From: Eledone cirrhosa
Taxonomy: Eukaryota
DNA length: 64,000 bases
Assembly (NCBI GenBank): GCA_964016885.1
Contig: OZ024755.1
Span: forward strand, 10,354,001-10,418,000
Direction of reading: 5' to 3'
Part shown: in pieces, positions 57,647 through 64,000 of the stretch
Position numbering within the stretch: position 1 is the stretch's first letter
Layout of the letters: each line of letters opens with the position of its first letter
Position numbers and translations under genes: made by a program
Notes under the pieces: generated by a model
What the model saw: the letters and a program-made list of their open reading frames with translations, nothing else
Told to the model about the DNA's origin: nothing
Databases searched by the model: none

Positions 57647-57831
57647 CGTTTGTTGTTGTTGATGCAATATAAATTATATTGAACTTATTCTTTTATGCAT
57701 GGGGTCCACAAAAGTATCTTATTTTAGTATGGAAAATAGCCTTAAAATACTGATTGTTGTTGTTGTTGTTGTTGTTGTAGATGCAATATAAATTAGTTAT
57801 TATTACACTGTACTTTTTCTTTTTCCTCCAG

Positions 57832-58315
57832 GACACATCTCTTACTAGAAGGACTTGAAGATGCTTGCCTTCTTGAAGATGAATCAGATGACAGATTAAC
57901 AGACAAACATGGCTGTCCTGCTTATGTGAGCCCTGAAATTCTCAGTACGGCAACTGAAAGTTACTCTGGCAAAGCAGCAGACATCTGGAGCCTTGGCGTC
58001 ATGTTATACACCATGATAATCGGCCGTTACCCTTTCCATGATACTGAGCCCAGTGCTTTGTTCGGCAAGATCCGTCGAGGGCAGTATTCACTGCCAGACA
58101 TTCTTTCATCAGGTGCCAAATGTCTAATTCGTAACATGTTACGGCGCGATCCTACTCAAAGACTTACTGCCAATGTTTCTCTATTACATCCGTGGCTTGC
58201 TGGCCACTGGCCTAGTAGTTCGGTTAGCCAGACATGTGTTGATCGAAGACAGACAACAGATCAGACCGTCCCAAATATCAAATTAACAGAATTAAAAGAT
58301 GATTTATTTGACTGA
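57832..58315 (+). CDS. TRIB2: Tribbles pseudokinase, coding exon 3 (to stop)
   Basis: Polypyrimidine tract and ccAG|G complete the Lys codon. Encodes EGLEDA...DKHGCPAYVSPEIL...SGKAADIWSLGVMLYTMIIGRYPFHD, the LLHPW motif and the COP1-binding-like DQTVP. TGA ends at 58315. Confidence 0.95.
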
Positions 58316-58888
58316 AAACAAAAAAAAATTTTTTTTGATTTTTTTTTTTTTTTTTTTTTTTTTTTCTCTGTTAAATTTAGGATATTTTTTCCTAAACAAA
58401 AAATGTTGTTGTTTTGGCGGGGAAGGTAGATTCAATTTTCTTTTCCGTCTCTTTCTCCGACTGTCAGAAAGTCGTTCAGATGTCCTCCCCATTCAATACT
58501 CTTCAGGAGCAGTTTCCCTGGGTCACCCACACACGTTCTCACACATATATACACACACACACAGACATACACACACACACACACCTTCATTTCTATCTTC
58601 ATTCCAACAAATCTTTCTTTGTCTATATATTAAAAAAATTTTTTTTTGACTGGGTATGAACAAGAGTGATAGGGTCAGTGTGGGGTGTAGACACAAGGGA
58701 GGAGGAGAAGCAAGAAAGAAAGGGAGAGCGAAGGAGAGAGAGAGCAATGAAATATGTTCAGAAGACTCCCCCCCCCCCCTCTCCCTCTCAACTCAAGAAC
58801 CAACTCTAAAGTTATCTCAACCAATCAGATGACTGCAGAAATTGTGCAAGACCGTAAAGGGCATTAAAGAAAAAAACAAAACAAAACA

Positions 58889-58996
58889 AATAAATCACGA
58901 TTTGAAAATAGTATTATCATTTTTTTTTTTAAATAAACTATTATTATTATTATTTAAATGGAATGAAAATTCTGGATATTTATTTTTTCAAATAAA
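58889..58996 (+). terminator. Candidate polyadenylation signals in the Tribbles 3' UTR
   Basis: AATAAA at 58889, 58932 and 58991 with U-rich downstream tracts. The AT-rich background makes this weak. Confidence 0.3.
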
Positions 58997-59579
58997 ATTG
59001 ATAAATTAAAATTTTTTTCTTGGTCTTCTCTCTCTCTCTCTCTCTGTATGCCTTCTCCTTCTCCTGATACATATATTTGTATGTGTATGTATGTGTCTTA
59101 ATACATACACACATTCACATTCACGCACACGCACACACGCACACACACACACACACACACTTAGAAAGTTTATGAAACACGGGAGATTTTGAAGTAAGTT
59201 TTTTTTTCCTCCTATCAAGTAAACCAGCATGAATTCTGGCTAGAGTTGCAAATAAGTCAGAGGTATGACCTAGAAAACTGGCAACCCAGGACTTGAACCT
59301 ATATGCTAAAAAACTATGGGCCATTATCCACTTGTTTTCGCCTCAAGGTGTCATTCCCCTGATTTAAGTATTATATATTAATTCATGCAGCACTGATATT
59401 TGCTTGATAGATTAAAAACAAACACTTCTTGAAATATATTGGATATGAATCGAAGTTGTAGCTGCCATAATATAATTATAATGAAGGCACATGTCCTAAT
59501 AGTTAGGGTGCTGCATTCACAAAGTTAATGTTGTTTCATCCCTGAACCAGGTGGCAAGATGCTTCATTCCATGTTGCTT

Positions 59580-60030
59580 CTCATGATAGGACTGGGGCCC
59601 CTATCATTAAAGCATTGAGATACCTCATAGGAAATGAGCTAAACCTGCATAGGTATGAGGTGTACATTTTTTTTTTTTTTTTTTTTTTTAAATATAACCA
59701 TGAAGGTATGTGATTTAGTGGTTTGTGTATTAAGCTCGTGACAAGATCAAGGGTTTGATTCCAAGATCATATTGTACATTGTGTTCTTCAGCAAAATGCT
59801 TCATTTCATATTGCTTTTTGCTGGAGGCCCCCTATTATTAAAACACTTGAGAAACCTCTTATGAGATAACTTCATAGGAGACCAGCTAAACCTGCATAGG
59901 CGTGAGCTATAGCTACATATATAAATATATACTCATGATAGGTTTGGGGTCCCTATCATTTAAAACACCTGTGAAACCTCTGAGATGAAATGTAGCAGGT
60001 TAGCTAAAACCTTCATAGGTATGAGCTGCA
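59580..60030 (+). repeat. Three degenerate copies of a repeat of about 90 bp
   Basis: GGGCCCCCTATCATTAAA...ACCTC...GCTAAACCTGCATAGGTATGAG three times. Reverse-strand relatives lie at about 2945-3095 and 36290-36375. Confidence 0.6.
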
Positions 60031-61837
60031 ATTTAGAAAAAAAAAAAAATTTCCCCGTATATTATCACATTGTGGCTGATATTTCTCTACATTACTATTG
60101 TCTGTGACGGTTCTAAGTGATAAGGATCCCTACTAACTGGCTTTACTATTCTCTTGGGAGGGAGTCCGTCCACAATGCTCTCTGTTCCTTTGCCTGCTAA
60201 TTTAGCTGGTGATTTTTGCATTTGTCTTTCTCATCTCACCTTGACCTTGCCTCATCTCACCTCAATGCCTATACATAGTTTCGAATGGTGGGTCTTCAGA
60301 ATAAAGTCAGAAACAGATCATTTCAGTGACAAAATAAAGGACCATACATACACTTACACTTGCACTCATATACACACACTCACTCATTCTCACATACACA
60401 CACTCATCTATTCTTGGGGGAATTATTTGTTCTGTTTTATTGATCGTAACCCCTCTTATTCACTTCAATCACATACTTACATACATACATACATACACAC
60501 TTCCTCTTCTCTCATCCACTTTGCACACGCTCATACACTTTTTCCTCCCCTCTCTCCATCCATTGCAAATTCTTTTTTGTATATTTTGATAATCAGCTTC
60601 AGTTGAAAGACATCGATGTGGCAACTCCTCATTCTCTCCTTCATTTATGGGGTTTGTTTGGAGGTGGGGTCATACCTAAGTAAAGTATCAGTTCTATAAT
60701 GGGGGTCGATCCTTCTTCTATACCTATTTCTCTGGAAGAAATCTGCTGCATTCCAACCAAGAGAGGGATGGGCTCCACTAGATCTAATGGCCAAAGACAG
60801 CTATATATCTATATCTTGCAATGACACACGCCTATACCAGGAGTTAAAGGCCCACGGCATGGATCTGACATCATTTTTTAAGCCAAACGCCACTCCTTCA
60901 TCTATCTATCTATCTATCCTAGACTCATCTCTCAATAGTTAGTCTTTTGTGGATCTTTAACTGCTTTAATGTGGAGATGTGTGGCTTAGTGGTTAGGTTA
61001 TGAGTTCGATTCCTTCCTGTACCAGGCAGCACGTTTCCTTTAGAAAGAAGCTTTGTTGCGTTGCTCCAGCGGTCTGATGATTTATCATTTTCTTCTGTAT
61101 TAACGATATCGAAAGCTCTAATAACAGAACAAAATGATGTTGACCGCCCCTCGTTCCTCCATACCAGGATATGACGAGGCCGTCTCTCAGTCCTCCACTC
61201 CAGGATATAACAAGGCCACCTCTTGTTTCGCTAGACAAATTGTACTTTTATATCTTTAGATTTATTGTTAGCTTTATAGTCAAACATCACTGAGCATATA
61301 TATATATATGTTAGTCAGACATGCATACACATAGCTAGTAATCTACAATGTATGAGCCTGTGTTTACTCTAGACTAATTCTGTCTTGCAGTCATTTTTCA
61401 CATAATCCTCTGGAAAGATATCAATTTCATCAGATATTTTCTACTTGTAATCAGCATAACTTTGCTGAAACAAGACTTTTTTTCATTCAGAAACATATGT
61501 GGAATCAGTGTTATTGAAAAGTGTATCCAACTGTAAAAACTGTTCTAATTTACACATAACCCTGCCTCGTACATTCCTTCTCTTATGAGTAATACAAAAT
61601 TGCAATTAAAACGATAGAATCTCTGATGGCTTATTTCTGCTGACCAACTTTATTTTTTCTCCTGCAACTGTATTTAAACTCTTGATAACTTATTCAACAG
61701 CAACGGCAAGCGTTTTAGGGCTATCTTCCTTGCTAAAGCAGGGGTTAGTTTTGCGGGGTTCATGACGAGCTTCATGTCCATCATGGGATTCTTTTGGGGG
61801 TAATGTTTTACGGTCGGACGTTCTTCCTAACATTAAC

Positions 61838-62100
61838 CCTTTTAGTCCGCTCTTACTACAGAGATACGGTGTACCTCGTATCTATTCTATACTCAGAAAT
61901 GGTTGCAACCTTTTAGTCCCTCTTACGAAAAACAGGGATACTATGTACCTATTCAAAACCAGATACACTCAGTTATGATACCAACATTTTAGTCACTTCT
62001 TACAAGCAGGGATACGGTGTACCTAGTATCTATTCAAATATGATACCAAGTTTTTAGTCCTTCTTACGATAACCAAGAAGACAGTGTGCCTATTCTAAAC
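61838..62100. repeat. Degenerate tandem repeat with a unit of about 70 bp
   Basis: TTTTAGTC..TCTTAC...GATAC.GTGTACCT..TATTC recurs four times. Confidence 0.6.
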
Positions 62101-63444
62101 CACACACACCAACACCAATAACCAATTCCTTGTTGTTAATAATTTTAATCCGAAGAAAGATACAGTTCATTGTGTAAGTAGCAGAGGTGTTAGGTTGTAA
62201 AGACTCAGCTCATTTTTTAAGAAGGTAACAAGAACACTGACATCGCTAGTATAATAAATTGTGCAATGAGCAGCTAAAGTATACTTTAACGTCGTATCTG
62301 TTAAGAAACATTTTACCGAAGCTGTGAATAAAACATGCTCACGTGTTTATATATATATTATAAAGAGTTGAGCTCTTGTTGCTTCAACAGCTAGTTCCGG
62401 GCTGCTGTTGAAACAGCAAGACTTCAGCAGTCGGGTTCCGACTCTTTATAATATAACTATAGTCCACTACCCCAGACGGTCAGCCTTGTTCCGTTGAATC
62501 TCCTCGAGAATTACGTTCAGAGTTCACAAATCTGCGGAATGTTCAGTCACTTGTCGGTTAATTTCACGAGCAAGCTGTATCGTTGTTCAAACAACTAGAA
62601 CGCTCGTCGTAGAAACAGACGAAGGTCCAACACACACATGATCCAGGATCTATGAAGTAAACACTGTCGAGTGAAAAGATTAAGCAGAATATAAATATAA
62701 AGGTTTGTCTTCGTGTATGTTACATTTCACTTACAATACTAGTAACATTAATATATTAATACTTCACACATGAGACAAATATTTTAGGTGATAGTGTAGT
62801 GTGTAGAATGCCTGGCCATTTATAGTTCAGTGCCCAGAATACCTGGCCCTTTACAGTTCAGTGGGCAGTATACCTGCATAATTATTAAGTGGCCGTTTAC
62901 AGTTCAATGAGCGGTTTACTTCAAATACGAAAGCTTAACCGTAACTCGGTAAACAGGCCAGGTCATTACACAGCGTCTAGTACGTGTACTGATATTGCAG
63001 TAGACCACAACAAAGGAGTACCAACATTCGTCTTTTATAGACAGAACTGTTAATTAAAGGTGGATTAATGGTTAGTGTTCGACTCACGAGTGAGTGTAAA
63101 GTCTTGAGTCGATTCTCTGCGCTCCCTTGTGTCGTTTAGCACGACACTTTATTTCACATTGCTCCAGTACACCCAGCTGGCAGAAATGAGTTCAGCCTTT
63201 AGTTCAAAAGGTCGCTTTTGTCTCCCATTGTCACAACGAATCTCCCTGAGAAGAACTACATTAATGATATGCGTGTCTATGGAACGCCCAGACAGTTCTA
63301 ATGATTGCACTGCCTGGAACACTCGTCGTCGGAACTGATCAACACAGAACAACATAGTGAGCCTTTACTATAAAGCTTTGATCCTGTGTAGTTTCAAATT
63401 TCTGAGTTCGTGTCTGAACGTTGAACTTGTGGTTCGTTAGCAAC

Positions 63445-63927
63445 AACATGGTCGAATGGTTAAGAAGATCGGTTTACAATCAGTCATTAGGTATCACGTT
63501 CGATCCCACTACGTTTCATCTAGGGGAAGTGTCATTTACCATTGCCTTGGGTTGACCGAAGCATGGCAGTCAAAGTGGGTAAATTGAAACTATGCGGAAG
63601 TCCCCCGGATTGACTGTATCAGTAATTCAAAGGGCCAGCCTTGTCACAGACCGTGTTAAGTTGAATTTCCTTGAGAATTACATTAAGGGTACACGTGCCT
63701 GTGGAATGTTCAGTTAATTGCATGTTAGTTTCACGAACATATTCCATTGATCGCACAACTGGACAATCATCGTCGAAAACGATGGAGGTTCATTCCATTC
63801 CATCAAGTAGCTCAGATTTTCACTTTACTAAATGTCATGTGTTGTAAGAGTGGACAGCTTACATATTTAATGTCCATGAAGAAGACAGACGAACTACACT
63901 TCAATCACATTCTTCTTAAGGCTTCTT
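63445..63927 (+). mobile_element. Composite SINE, copy 2
   Basis: A-box-like TGGTCGAATGG and B-box GTTCGATCCC. The 3' 260 bp match 45843-46098. Confidence 0.65.
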
Positions 63928-64000
63928 AGGCAAGTATCATGTACCATAGCCTCAAGTTGATCCAACTTTTCTGAGTGTAATTAGGTAGGCGGAAACTGTT

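Overview
AT-rich, microsatellite- and SINE-dense animal genomic DNA; the repeat families look cephalopod (Octopus-like), which is an inference. It holds one supportable protein-coding gene: a Tribbles pseudokinase (TRIB2-like, about 356 aa) on the + strand in three exons (27635-27928, 56270-56562, 57832-58315), with a 28.3-kb first intron. A candidate TATA/Inr promoter at about 25.5 kb implies a roughly 2.1-kb leader containing a chain of short uORFs. Most other ORFs in the track are microsatellite or minisatellite artefacts; one is an RTE LINE remnant. The most striking non-genic signal is several families of short, non-coding elements at (TA)n runs that carry minimal type I hammerhead-ribozyme motifs in fold-back arrangements. 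One has a 172-nt unit between cleavage sites (12266-12437), consistent with Penelope-like pLTR or retrozyme elements. Repeat boundaries were read by eye and are approximate, and no database searches were run.
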